Source: Akkermansia muciniphila (lineage in GTDB: Bacteria; Verrucomicrobiota; Verrucomicrobiia; Limisphaerales; SIAT01). From it: a stretch of DNA of 64,000 nt. The notes beneath the pieces are model-generated. The model was given only the letters and a program-made list of their open reading frames with translations, was not told the DNA's origin and ran no database searches. Positions 54,017 through 63,563 of this stretch are shown piece after piece (the first letter of the stretch is position 1; every line of letters starts with the position of its first letter). Location of the stretch: assembly GCA_945900775.1 (NCBI GenBank), contig CAMDJP010000001.1, forward strand, positions 81,822-145,821, given 5' to 3'. A program made the translations under genes and the position numbers.

Positions 54017-55594
54017 ATGGAACAATTGATTCTAGCGGACAGCGTGCCTCACAACACGACCTTCGTCATCGGCCTGATCGCGGGGCTCTTCGTGATGCTC
54101 GGCTTGCTCCTGCAGGAGCGTTACCGGCGCAAAATGCGCGCAAGTCAGGTCGTCAACGAATTGGAGAACGCGAAGCGCGAAGCGGAAAACATCCGCCGCG
54201 AGGCTCGCCTTGGCGCCAATGAAGATTCCCTCAAACTTCGCGAACAAGCCGAGCAAACAATCGCCGCGCGCCAACTCGAGGTCAGCGAAATCGAAAAGCG
54301 CCAAACGCAGCGGGAGCAGCTTCTCAGCCAGCAACTGGATTCGATTAATCGACGCGAGGTGCGTCTGCACGAACAGGAATCCACCCTCGACCGGCAGCGC
54401 GAAAGGTTCGAGGCCGACCTCCTTGAACTAGCGCGCCTCGGCAAGCAGCACCGCGAACAGCTCCAGCAGATTTCAAAAATCAGCGAAACCGATGCCCGCC
54501 AGCAACTCCTGCAGGAAATCGAGCGGGAGGCATTGCAGGATGCCAACAAGCTGACCGCGAACATCCTCAACAGCGCAAAAAACAGAGCTGAAGACCAAGC
54601 GCGACGGATTATCAGCCTCGCCATCCAGCGATATGCCGGCGCTCAAACAATCGAGACCACCACCACCACCATCTCGCTCGCGGGAGATGAGATGAAGGGT
54701 CGCATCATCGGCCGCGACGGACGCAACATCCGCGCCTTCGAAGCCGCCACAGGGGTGACCGTCCTAGTGGATGACACGCCGAACGCCGTCGTCCTTTCCG
54801 GCTTCGATCCTGTCCGGCGCGAAATCGCGCAGGACGCGATGCAGAGACTTATTCTTGACGGACGCATCCATCCCACACGCATCGAGGAAGTGGTGGCAAA
54901 AGTGGCGGAGGAGATGAGGGAAAGTATCCACAAGGCCGGCGCGGATGCCGTCGCACGTGCGGGACTTCCGCCGCTGAATGACGAGATTGTGAAGACGCTT
55001 GGCCGTCTGCGTTTTCGCCACAGTTTTGCGCAGAACGTACTAGACCACTCCGTCGAAGTGGCTCACCTGATGGGGCTGCTCGCTTCGGAACTCGGTCTAG
55101 ACATCGCGATGGCCAAGCGTTGCGGACTCCTTCACGACATTGGTAAGGCACTCGACCATGAGATGGAAGGGCCGCACGCCATCGTGGGGGCGGAGTTCCT
55201 GAAGCGGCATGGCGAACCATCCGAAGTGATTGACGGGGTGGCGTCGCATCACGACGAAGTGCCGCCGATTGGGCCATGGGGAATCCTTGTCAGCGCAGCG
55301 GACGCAATCAGCGCCTCACGTCCAGGTGTGCGTTCGGAGACAATGACCATCTACCTCAAGCGCCTCGAGGACTTAGAACGTATTGGCACCGCGTTCCCCG
55401 GTGTGGAAAAGTGTTTTGCTGTCCATGCAGGCCGGGATCTCCGTGTGATGGTTCATTCCGACCAGATCGACGACAACGAAGCAGCAGCATTGGCTCGAAA
55501 CATCGCACGGAAAATCGAAGAGGACCTGCACTATCCCGGCCAGATTCGAGTGACCATTATCCGCGAAACGCGCGTGGTGGAATACGCCAAGTAA
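54017..55594 (+). CDS. rny: Ribonuclease Y
   Basis: 525 aa with an N-terminal TM, a coiled coil, a KH domain (GRIIGRDGRNIRAFE) and an HD domain (LLHDIGKA). Confidence 0.95.
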   Translation: MEQLILADSVPHNTTFVIGLIAGLFVMLGLLLQERYRRKMRASQVVNELENAKREAENIRREARLGANEDSLKLREQAEQTIAARQLEVSEIEKRQTQREQLLSQQLDSINRREVRLHEQESTLDRQRERFEADLLELARLGKQHREQLQQISKISETDARQQLLQEIEREALQDANKLTANILNSAKNRAEDQARRIISLAIQRYAGAQTIETTTTTISLAGDEMKGRIIGRDGRNIRAFEAATGVTVLVDDTPNAVVLSGFDPVRREIAQDAMQRLILDGRIHPTRIEEVVAKVAEEMRESIHKAGADAVARAGLPPLNDEIVKTLGRLRFRHSFAQNVLDHSVEVAHLMGLLASELGLDIAMAKRCGLLHDIGKALDHEMEGPHAIVGAEFLKRHGEPSEVIDGVASHHDEVPPIGPWGILVSAADAISASRPGVRSETMTIYLKRLEDLERIGTAFPGVEKCFAVHAGRDLRVMVHSDQIDDNEAAALARNIARKIEEDLHYPGQIRVTIIRETRVVEYAK

Positions 55595-55600
55595 TCCAAA

Positions 55601-55768
55601 TCAGCGGCGGTTTAACCCGCCGCCACCAGGAATACCGGTATCGAATCCCCGCGGAGAATTCCAAGGGCGCGCCGAGGCATTCTCAGAATCCAAGCCCGCG
55701 CAACCCGAAATGAGAAAAGTGGCAGCTGCTAATAGCAACCAGCAGGCGGACTTCGAAAGAAAATTCAT
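55601..55768 (-). CDS. Small (55 aa) putative lipoprotein
   Basis: MNFLSKSACWLLLAAATFLISGC has a lipobox (LISGC). The ATG at 55768 lies 5 nt after the upstream stop codon. The track version (to 55828) overlaps the upstream gene. Confidence 0.45.
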   Translation of the reverse strand: MNFLSKSACWLLLAAATFLISGCAGLDSENASARPWNSPRGFDTGIPGGGGLNRR

Positions 55769-55773
55769 AGGAT

Positions 55774-56526
55774 TCAGTACTTCACAACAGAGACAACGTC
55801 GCCTTCCATCACCTCGCCCTTCTTCCAAGCCTTGATCATACTGCCGATGGAGATAGCGGGTTCGACCTTCGTGATTTTGACCCGCCCAATGAGTTTACCA
55901 GCGCGGCTCACACTCATCTCGCCGCCGTTGAGAACGCCAGATTTCGCACCGATGCTTAGCACCACAAAATCCCACTTCGGATCCACAGCCGTGATTTTAC
56001 CAGAAAGGCCCTCCGGCAAAGTTCCCGAGCCTGTGGAAGGCGGAGCTTGGGATTTCGCCAAGATCAACTCTTCCTCAAGTTTCTTCTTAGCACCCTCAAC
56101 CGCGGCTAGTTTACTTTCAGCGGCCTTCAAATCTGCAGCCAGTTTCTTAACTTGCTCTGAACCTCCCTTTGTAGCGTCCTCAGCCATCTTTTTCTCTCGA
56201 GCCAAATCGAGCACGGCCTTCTCTGCTTCAGCCACTGCGAGTTCCGCAGCCTTCTGCAGCGGAGCAATCTTGTCCTGCTCGGCTTTGACCAACGTCTTCT
56301 GAGTTTCGACTTCAACTCGTTGGTTTTCGGCCTCGGTCTTGAAGGAGTCACGGTCCTTTTCGATAGCTTTCTTTGCATTCTCGGCTGTGCCGACCCGCAT
56401 ATCAGAAGCAGCTTTCTCGTCCTTGAGTTTGGAAATCTTGGGCGGAATACTGACGGCACCTTGAAAGATGCCGAAGCCGCCCGCGAGGATTACAAGAATC
56501 AGGCAAATTTTTGTGGCAATTGACAT
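55774..56526 (-). CDS. Membrane-anchored coiled-coil protein with C-terminal small beta-barrel-like domain
   Basis: 250 aa. An N-terminal TM (ICLILVILAGGFGIF) is followed by ~150 aa of Lys/Glu/Ala-rich heptad-like sequence. The C-terminus GKITAVDPKWDFVVLSIGAKSGVLNGGEMSVSRAGKLIGRVKITKVEP loosely resembles MreC-type beta-barrels. Confidence 0.6.
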   Translation of the reverse strand: MSIATKICLILVILAGGFGIFQGAVSIPPKISKLKDEKAASDMRVGTAENAKKAIEKDRDSFKTEAENQRVEVETQKTLVKAEQDKIAPLQKAAELAVAEAEKAVLDLAREKKMAEDATKGGSEQVKKLAADLKAAESKLAAVEGAKKKLEEELILAKSQAPPSTGSGTLPEGLSGKITAVDPKWDFVVLSIGAKSGVLNGGEMSVSRAGKLIGRVKITKVEPAISIGSMIKAWKKGEVMEGDVVSVVKY

Positions 56527-56598
56527 AAATTATGGTCGGCGATTACAAAATCAAAGTAGCCTCACTCACTTGCACTGTCAACCCACCGACGGACTGAC

Positions 56599-57777
56599 TC
56601 ACGGCAGCTTTGGCTGATCCGGCTTGGGCCCCGGGCCTTCCAGTTTTTTCTCGGCGAGGAAATGGGGGCGATCCTTGAGAATCGGGTCGAAAGCCCACCG
56701 TGAGACAAGGTAGGTCCACTTCTCGAATTGCTTTCCTGCAGCGAGCTTATCCTGCTGGACCTTGGTCTTGTCTGCGTGCTCTTTCTCGAGGCGTGCTTTA
56801 TCCTCTGGTTTCTCGTCTTTTCCTGGCACGCGAGGAGGCAGCGGCTTGGCGGTGACGGTGGCGGCAAAATAACTGCCCTCTTCGCCACTTTTCGCGCCGA
56901 TTTTCATTGTGTAGATCAACTGGTCGAACGTTTCCAATTCGATCACAGTCGGCTTATCAAGGCCGCTTTCTGTCGGCTTCTTGCCAATCGCCACGTCGGT
57001 GAAGGCAAGGGAGCTAAAGGAGCTGTTGATAGCCGAAGCCTTGGCGGGGTCGAGTTGCTCGCCCGGTTTTAGATCGGTCAGTTTCCATTCGCCGGTTTCA
57101 GTCTCTCGCGTGAGGCTCCAAGCATTTGTCGCAGCCGACGCAAGATATCGAACGGCCCGCACCTTTTCGATGCGTAGAAACTCTTTGTCGAGCCACTGCT
57201 CGGGCTTCGGCTCAATCTCATTGAACGCCTCGGAAACCAGAGAGACCTGACCAATCGCCTTGGGATCCATCACCCAACGGCCCACGGGGAATTCACCACC
57301 TCCAAAAGGCGAGGGTTGCTCCGATTTCTTCACCTGCTTCTTACCGAGCAAAAGAGTTCGGAGGGACTTTCCATCGTTGCCACGGAACTCAATAAGCGTT
57401 CCCGCTCCATTGGTCCCCTTCCCTGGTTCGAGCAGTTCTAGGCGAGGCAATTGCGAGGCGCCAGCCTTCTCGCTCTGCACCACTTTCAACTCGGCAGCCT
57501 TGCGGAGGAAGTCGCTGATGTTCTGGAAATTCGCCTTGTAACCGTCGCGCTCTTTCACCTGCCACTCATCATCCTTGCGCACAAGGTTCAACTCGGCGGC
57601 TGTCTGGCGGATGGTAATCTGCGCGACGTCGTTCACCGGCAGGCCGGCGAGAAGTTTTGCACCCATGCCGGCGCCGCCCGAACGATAGGTTTCCTTGCGC
57701 GATTGCTGGCTCCAAAATCCGAGGCCGCCGAAGACAATCACGCCGGCCAGCAACAAAGTCAGTTGATTGCGGTTCAT
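56599..57777 (-). CDS. DUF4340-family protein (usual partner of GldG-like proteins)
   Basis: The ATG at 57777 overlaps the GldG-like stop codon (ATGA). It starts MNRNQLTLLLAGVIVFGGLGFW (N-terminal anchor) followed by a repetitive beta-rich body. Confidence 0.75.
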   Translation of the reverse strand: MNRNQLTLLLAGVIVFGGLGFWSQQSRKETYRSGGAGMGAKLLAGLPVNDVAQITIRQTAAELNLVRKDDEWQVKERDGYKANFQNISDFLRKAAELKVVQSEKAGASQLPRLELLEPGKGTNGAGTLIEFRGNDGKSLRTLLLGKKQVKKSEQPSPFGGGEFPVGRWVMDPKAIGQVSLVSEAFNEIEPKPEQWLDKEFLRIEKVRAVRYLASAATNAWSLTRETETGEWKLTDLKPGEQLDPAKASAINSSFSSLAFTDVAIGKKPTESGLDKPTVIELETFDQLIYTMKIGAKSGEEGSYFAATVTAKPLPPRVPGKDEKPEDKARLEKEHADKTKVQQDKLAAGKQFEKWTYLVSRWAFDPILKDRPHFLAEKKLEGPGPKPDQPKLP

Positions 57778-59705
57778 GTGGTCGAAGTCCGTTTCCGTTT
57801 CACAATGAAAAATGCAGCCCCGGCAAATGCGACAAGCGCGGGCATTCCCGCGATATTGAGCCACTTGATGCGGTTCTGAAGCGACTCGATCTCGGCACGT
57901 AACTCCTTGCGGACCTTCTTCAGCTCAAGCTTAGTCTCCGATTCCTGCTTCCGGAATTTTTCAAGCGCGTTTTGCTGCTCTGCCGAGAGAATGAACTTTT
58001 GCTTCGGGTCCTTGCTCCGCTGTAGTTCATTCAACTCGCGTTGGGTTTCTTGAAGATTTTTCTCAATGTCCTCAATCTTGCTGCGGAACCGCTCCTCCGC
58101 CTGCGCTTCAATCCGGCGCACGCGTTCAAAAGGCCGGTTCAGCGTGGCACGGCTACGTGCGTTGATGAGATTCTCATCACCGGCCATCTGCTCGACCATG
58201 TTCTGGACAAAAGTGAGGTTGCCGCCCCGCGGAATCATCACCCGCTGGCCGAAGAATTCCTGCACCTGCACGCTGAACTGGTCGGATAGGAAATCGGCGT
58301 CTGCGACGAGCAGCACGGCGTTTTCACTCTTCGATTCCTTAAGCGCACTGTCGGGTTGCTTCTCCTTCGGTTTCTCGCCGGGTTTCTCCGGTTCAGCGGG
58401 AGGAAGCACTGGCTTGCCGTCGGGGAATGCCGTCTTGAATTTGCCCGAAATCCGGAGCGCAAGCGGAAGCTCACGCCCGCCCGCCTTGAATCCTTTCATT
58501 GCCTCGGCAGCGGACATTTGGGCAAGAAATCCCTCGACCATTGCGGAATCGCCGGTGCTGTTGACTAACACAATTCGTTTCAATCCGCTCCCAGTAGCGG
58601 CTTGCGCGACATCTTCCGTAAGCGCGCCGGCGAATGGCAGCAACAGCGAATCAATCTGTGCAGTGGCCACGTCACCGGCGTTGATGCCCGCGGCGCTCAC
58701 TGAGAGGACGGTCGGCGTCGGTTCGACGCGGTTCTGGCGCATCATACGCGTGACGAAATTCACGTCCGCCACCACCTTGCCCTTGTCCAGCTTCACGCCC
58801 CAGGCTGGCAGGAGAAGATCGAGCGTCGAGGCTGTCGGCGGGCCGCCGCCCATCATCGGGTTGCCGCCCATGTTGCGCTGGTCCACAATTGAGACGGGGT
58901 CGAGGAAAGCGATGAGCTTGCCGCCGCGCAGCACGAACTGGTCGAGCGCAAACTGGGCCTGCGGAGTGATGTCGCGCGGATGAACGACGAGTAGGACTTT
59001 GATCGCCTCATCGATTTTTTCGGCGGTCATGTCGACCGGTCGCACGTCAAAGTCACGTTTCAGCGTGCTGATGAAGGCCCACGGATCGCTGCCGCCTCCC
59101 TGCCCCATCTGGCGCATCATGGGGTTTCCGGGTTGCCCGAAGACAGGTAACTGGCTCATCACACCGACCACGGCCTTCGTCGGACTCGCCACGCGCGCGA
59201 TGGCGCGGGAGAGTTCGTACTCAAGGAGGTTCTCGGTGCGAGGCGAGAGCGGTGGCAGAAGGGCCTTCTCATCGAGCGAACCCACGGAGATGCCGAGATA
59301 GAAAGTATCCCCGCTCGGCAACGGTTCGCCTTCCACGCCGTCGAGACGGGCGGAATCTTCCGCGTCAGAATCGGGCTGGGGATCGAGTTTCTCGATGATG
59401 ATGTTTCGCGAGGACTGCCGGTATTCGCCGAGCAAATCTTCGACACGCTTCGCGTAATTCTTGTGGAAGACCTCTTCGGGCGAGTTGCCCTGCGTCTGCG
59501 TGCAGTAGAAGCGCACCTTCACCGGCGTATCGAGCTTGGCGAGGATGGCCTTTGTGCCGGGCGATAGCGTGTGGAGTTTCTCCTTCGTCAGGTCGGTGCG
59601 AAGGCGCAGCGGAGCGGCGAGAAAGTTGATCGCCACAAGAATAATGAATAGCGCCGCGATGCCCGCGGCGGAAAAGAGACCGTGTTCTAGCTTCGTCTTG
59701 TTCAT
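57774..59705 (-). CDS. GldG-like ABC-transporter auxiliary protein
   Basis: 643 aa with N- and C-terminal TM anchors and a large periplasmic domain. It follows the ABC-2 permease as in GldA/F/G systems. Confidence 0.8.
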   Translation of the reverse strand: MNKTKLEHGLFSAAGIAALFIILVAINFLAAPLRLRTDLTKEKLHTLSPGTKAILAKLDTPVKVRFYCTQTQGNSPEEVFHKNYAKRVEDLLGEYRQSSRNIIIEKLDPQPDSDAEDSARLDGVEGEPLPSGDTFYLGISVGSLDEKALLPPLSPRTENLLEYELSRAIARVASPTKAVVGVMSQLPVFGQPGNPMMRQMGQGGGSDPWAFISTLKRDFDVRPVDMTAEKIDEAIKVLLVVHPRDITPQAQFALDQFVLRGGKLIAFLDPVSIVDQRNMGGNPMMGGGPPTASTLDLLLPAWGVKLDKGKVVADVNFVTRMMRQNRVEPTPTVLSVSAAGINAGDVATAQIDSLLLPFAGALTEDVAQAATGSGLKRIVLVNSTGDSAMVEGFLAQMSAAEAMKGFKAGGRELPLALRISGKFKTAFPDGKPVLPPAEPEKPGEKPKEKQPDSALKESKSENAVLLVADADFLSDQFSVQVQEFFGQRVMIPRGGNLTFVQNMVEQMAGDENLINARSRATLNRPFERVRRIEAQAEERFRSKIEDIEKNLQETQRELNELQRSKDPKQKFILSAEQQNALEKFRKQESETKLELKKVRKELRAEIESLQNRIKWLNIAGMPALVAFAGAAFFIVKRKRTSTT

Positions 59706-59717
59706 AGGACAGTCCAG

Positions 59718-60467
59718 TTACTCCCGAATGCCCCGCACCACCGCCGCCGTCGTGAAGAGCGAAAAACCAATAAGCGAGAGGAAGAATAGTAGATTCCGTA
59801 AGTCAATCACGCCGCGCTGAAACCCCTCGAAATGGGTCATCACGCTGAATCCCCCAGCGAGATCCACCAGCCACGTTGTGTTCGGTGAAAGGCCTGCAAG
59901 GAAGTTCGTCACCGGCGGCCAGCCTGCTAGAATCAGGAAGAGGCAGACGACCACCGACATGATGAAGCTAACCACTTGATTACGGGTGATGGCTGATGTG
60001 AGACAGCTCACTGCGAGGTAACTGCCGGCCATCAAGAAGCTACCGACGTAACCGCCGAGAATCACGCCATTGTCGGGATTGCCGAGATCATTCACCGTGA
60101 TTATCAATGGGAATGTGAGCGCCAAAGCTGTGCCTAAAAAGAGCCACGAAGCGAGAAATTTTCCTGCGATTGCCTCCCATGTCGTGATTGGCAAGGTGAG
60201 CAGAAACTCCATCGTGCCCGAGCGGCGCTCCTCGGACCAGAGACGCATTCCGACCGACGGCACGAGGAAGAGGTAGAGCCACGGATGCCATACGAAGAAA
60301 GACGTTAGCGTCGCCTCGCCGCGGTCGAAGAAGCCGCTCACCATAAAGGTGAAGAAGCCGGACAGCAGGAGAAAGATCACGATGAAGACATACGCCACCG
60401 GGGAAGCGAAGTAACCCGCGAGTTCGCGCTTAGCGATGATGCGGATGTTGGTTAATGGCGAGTTCAT
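59718..60467 (-). CDS. ABC-2 type transporter permease (GldF-like)
   Basis: 249 aa, six predicted TM helices. Its ATG shares 1 nt with the ATPase stop codon (TAATG). Confidence 0.85.
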   Translation of the reverse strand: MNSPLTNIRIIAKRELAGYFASPVAYVFIVIFLLLSGFFTFMVSGFFDRGEATLTSFFVWHPWLYLFLVPSVGMRLWSEERRSGTMEFLLTLPITTWEAIAGKFLASWLFLGTALALTFPLIITVNDLGNPDNGVILGGYVGSFLMAGSYLAVSCLTSAITRNQVVSFIMSVVVCLFLILAGWPPVTNFLAGLSPNTTWLVDLAGGFSVMTHFEGFQRGVIDLRNLLFFLSLIGFSLFTTAAVVRGIRE

Positions 60468-61201
60468 TATTTGGCCCCCTTCACGGTGTCCGACAATGTG
60501 AGGCTGCGGAAAAGATCATCTAAACGCCCGGAAGGGACGCGCTTCTTCAACTCCTCCGGCGTGCCGTTGGCGACGATGCGACCGCGGTCGATGATGATAA
60601 CACGTGAACAGACCGCGTCCACTTCCTCAAGAATGTGCGTGGAAAAAAGAATCGCCTTCTTTTCGCCCATCCGCCGGATGAGATTTCGGGCCTCGAATTT
60701 CTGGTTCGGGTCGAGGCCGTCGGTCGGTTCGTCGAGGACCAGCACATCGGGGTCGTGGATGAGCGATTGCGCGAAGCAGGTGCGGTGCTTGTAACCTTTG
60801 GAAAGCGTCTCGATGTTCTGGTGTAGAACTCCTTTAAGAGCGCAGGTCTCAACCGCACGATCTACGGCCGTGTCGCGCGCCGAGCCGTGGAGACCGCGAA
60901 TCTCGGCCGCGAAGCGCAGAAACCCGCGCACTGTCATGTCGGGATAGGCTGGAGCGTTCTCGGGAAGGTAGCCGATGCGGCTCTTGGCCAGCACTGGTTG
61001 TTCGGCAACGTCGTGCCCGCCGACGGTCACACGTCCGCTGGTGGGGGCGAGATAACCGGTCACCATCCGCATCGTGGTGGACTTGCCGGCGCCGTTCGGC
61101 CCGAGGAAGCCCAGCACCTCGCCGCGCTCGACAGTGAAGGAGACCCCGTCCACCGCGGTCTTCGTACCGAACACTTTCTTGAGATTTTCTACCTTAATCA
61201 T
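60467..61201 (-). CDS. ABC transporter ATP-binding protein (GldA-like)
   Basis: Starts MIKVENLKKVFG, with Walker A GPNGAGKST, signature LSKGYKHR and Walker B LVLDEPTDGLD. The ATG at 61201 is preferred over the track start at 61240. Confidence 0.92.
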   Translation of the reverse strand: MIKVENLKKVFGTKTAVDGVSFTVERGEVLGFLGPNGAGKSTTMRMVTGYLAPTSGRVTVGGHDVAEQPVLAKSRIGYLPENAPAYPDMTVRGFLRFAAEIRGLHGSARDTAVDRAVETCALKGVLHQNIETLSKGYKHRTCFAQSLIHDPDVLVLDEPTDGLDPNQKFEARNLIRRMGEKKAILFSTHILEEVDAVCSRVIIIDRGRIVANGTPEELKKRVPSGRLDDLFRSLTLSDTVKGAK

Positions 61202-61297
61202 TGCGCTTGTCAGACGGCCACGCCGCCTGTGTTGTTCCAATTATTTCTCTAATGCCAAATCGGAGCGTCGTTTGTCAAGAGATCCCATTTTAAATGC

Positions 61298-61699
61298 TCA
61301 CTCATGCAACGGTTCACGCCCCGCATAGCCCGTATCGAGCTCATGCCAGTGGGTAATATCATCCTCATCTTTTTCCCAGCAAAGGAAAACCTCGCGCCCA
61401 CCGATGACAGCTGGAAAATCGACCAACCCCCGCTCCAAATCCTTCACCTCTATTTCACGACGCTGAAACTCGTCCATCAACTGCTTGAACTTCGAGAGAG
61501 TGATGACCTGCCGATTCGCCGCCTCGCCGCCGACGTCACGCCCGCCGGTCAGCAACTTCGCAAGCGTTGCATCGTTCTGCTCAACGCGCTGGCGGAGTTG
61601 CTCAAGTTGCTCGAGCCATTCGCGCAACTGCGGCAAGATGGCGCGTGCTTCAGAAACGGTGTAGTGGATGCGGAATCGGCTGGCCATGGAACGCATCAT
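61298..61699 (-). CDS. DUF2203-family protein
   Basis: 133 aa from the ATG at 61699, which overlaps the TPR gene stop codon (ATGA). Sequence features FRIHYTVSEARAILPQLREWLEQL...IEVKDLERGLVDFPAVIGGREVFLCWEKDEDDITHWHELDTGYAGREPL. Confidence 0.75.
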   Translation of the reverse strand: MMRSMASRFRIHYTVSEARAILPQLREWLEQLEQLRQRVEQNDATLAKLLTGGRDVGGEAANRQVITLSKFKQLMDEFQRREIEVKDLERGLVDFPAVIGGREVFLCWEKDEDDITHWHELDTGYAGREPLHE

Positions 61700-63375
61700 T
61701 TCGGCAGCGCATCCAGCTTGTTCTGGACTGCTACGTTGACTTCGATAGCGAGGGATTTGCGCCAGTGCTCGCGAGCCTTGCTTGACTGTTTTAGAGCGAA
61801 AAAAATGTCCGCGAGATGGTCGTGCAACGTAGCGTCCGGTTCCTTCAGGTACTTGAGTGCGCGAAGCTGCCAGTCGAGCGCCTCCCGCGGCTTGCCGAGC
61901 TTGAAATAGACCCACGCCATGCTGTCGAGGAAAGCAGCATTGGTCGGTTCGGCTTTCACGGCCTTTTCAATCATTACTTTCGCTTCCGTCAGACGCTCAC
62001 CACGCTCGACCCACATGTAGCCGAGATAGTTGAGGGCCTCGCTGAAATCGGGCGACTGCTTGAGCGCTAGCAAGAAGTACTTCTCCGCCTCCACGATGTT
62101 TTTGCTGCGCTCTAACGTCGCGCCCATCTGGAAATGGAATTGCGGCGTGAGCCGCTGCGGCTCGGTAGCCCGTGCATAAGACTCTGCGGCAGTGAGGTGA
62201 CGCAGCGCTTTGGAATAATCCTTGAGACGCGACTGCGCCAACGAAGAATAGAACTCCAAGATGAAGCCCGCTCGGAATCGCGCGCGCGCCTTGTCCAGCG
62301 TGGCAACCGCTTCCTGCGGCTTGTCCAGGGCGAGTTGGATGCTAGCCAATTCGTGGTAGGCGGTCTCCATTTCGGGATCGAGCAGCACGGCTTTGCCGAA
62401 GAACTCTGCAGATCGATCCAATTGTTTCTCGTCGGCGCTGATGAGGCCCATGAGATAGTTCGCTTGAGCATTGGCAGGGAAATCGCGGAGGAGCTCTTGG
62501 AGTTGCTCGGCAGCCTTCTTACGGTTACCCAGCTGAAGGTACAGCCCTATCAATCGTTCTCGGACCTGCGGGTTCGTGGGGAAAAGCGCCTGCACGCGGG
62601 CGTAAGCTTCGGCCGCCTGCGCAAGTTCACCGATGCCACTGAAGACCTCTCCCATCCGCTGCAACACCGTGGCAGTGGCGTTGTTCAAACGCCGGGCTTC
62701 GGTCAAAAGGATAAGAATTTGCGGACGCTGCCGCTCCATCTCTGCTGGGCGCGCGCGTGTAATCGAAAGGTAAAGCTCCGCGAGGCTCGTGTAGAAAGCG
62801 GCGTCGCCCCCCTTCTGCTGCGCCGCCTTCACCAGCACCTTCAACGCCTCGGGCAACCGCTCATTCTGAAGGTATATCTGGACGAGATTCTGATACGCCT
62901 GCAGCAGCTTCGGGTTCTTCTGCAGAGCGGAGTCACTCGCGAGGATGGCTAATTCCTGCTTACCGACCTGCGTGTAAGCCACGCCCAGCAGCGCGTAAAG
63001 GCTCGCCGACGCGTTCGGATTTCCCGTCGCCTGGATGAGAAGCCTGATAGCGCGATCACTATCCTTTTGGAGGATTAAGCGCCGGGCAACCTCGACCACC
63101 ACCGACTCGTTACCGGCATCAGCCATGGCTGCCTGATAGAATTCCTCCTGCGCCTTGGCTTGCTCATTTCGGAGTTCGTAGCTGACGCCCGCAGCGAAAT
63201 GAGCCATCGCCTGAATGCGTCGTTCCAGATTCTCGGCGTCGCGGTTCGGGGCAACCTCGATCGGTTGGACCGGTTTGAACTTTGCGAGATACGCTGCCTC
63301 GTCGGTCGCACAGCCCGCAAGCAGCAATGCCCCAGCGAGCGAGACGGCCCAGATGGTGGATTGGTTGAGTCGCAT
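61696..63375 (-). CDS. TPR-repeat lipoprotein
   Basis: The ATG at 63375 gives MRLNQSTIWAVSLAGALLLAGC (lipobox). The remainder is tandem TPR-like helical repeats. Confidence 0.8.
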   Translation of the reverse strand: MRLNQSTIWAVSLAGALLLAGCATDEAAYLAKFKPVQPIEVAPNRDAENLERRIQAMAHFAAGVSYELRNEQAKAQEEFYQAAMADAGNESVVVEVARRLILQKDSDRAIRLLIQATGNPNASASLYALLGVAYTQVGKQELAILASDSALQKNPKLLQAYQNLVQIYLQNERLPEALKVLVKAAQQKGGDAAFYTSLAELYLSITRARPAEMERQRPQILILLTEARRLNNATATVLQRMGEVFSGIGELAQAAEAYARVQALFPTNPQVRERLIGLYLQLGNRKKAAEQLQELLRDFPANAQANYLMGLISADEKQLDRSAEFFGKAVLLDPEMETAYHELASIQLALDKPQEAVATLDKARARFRAGFILEFYSSLAQSRLKDYSKALRHLTAAESYARATEPQRLTPQFHFQMGATLERSKNIVEAEKYFLLALKQSPDFSEALNYLGYMWVERGERLTEAKVMIEKAVKAEPTNAAFLDSMAWVYFKLGKPREALDWQLRALKYLKEPDATLHDHLADIFFALKQSSKAREHWRKSLAIEVNVAVQNKLDALPK

Positions 63376-63437
63376 AAGGAGAACACACGCGCAGCAACCC
63401 GCTGCGCGTGGCTCCAAAGGAGTGGCGAGGCGCCAGG

Positions 63438-63540
63438 CTACTTCTGCCAGGTGCGCTTCTTGTGCCGGTTAGCACGAAGCTTCTTCCGACGCTTGTGTTT
63501 GTTGATTTTCGCTTTCCGGCGTTTCTTCAGTGAACCCATA
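63438..63540 (-). pseudogene. bS22-like (AURKAIP1/COX24-type) ultra-basic mini-ORF, reading frame interrupted by one extra base
   Basis: From the ATG at 63540 the frame reads [23 protein letters not shown] (stop codon 63469-63471). Skipping one G in AAGAAGGCTT gives [33 protein letters not shown] (stop codon 63438-63440). The ORF is below the track's size cutoff. Confidence 0.4.
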
Positions 63541-63563
63541 GTGTGTTTTCTGTTAACGGACGC

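Noticed and set aside
55604-55623. GC hairpin GCGGCGG-N6-CCGCCGC, 10 nt after the rny stop codon and inside the last codons of the convergent lipoprotein ORF
   Set aside because: It has no U tract on either strand, so it is not a canonical intrinsic terminator. It may merely reflect the GGGGLNRR coding sequence.
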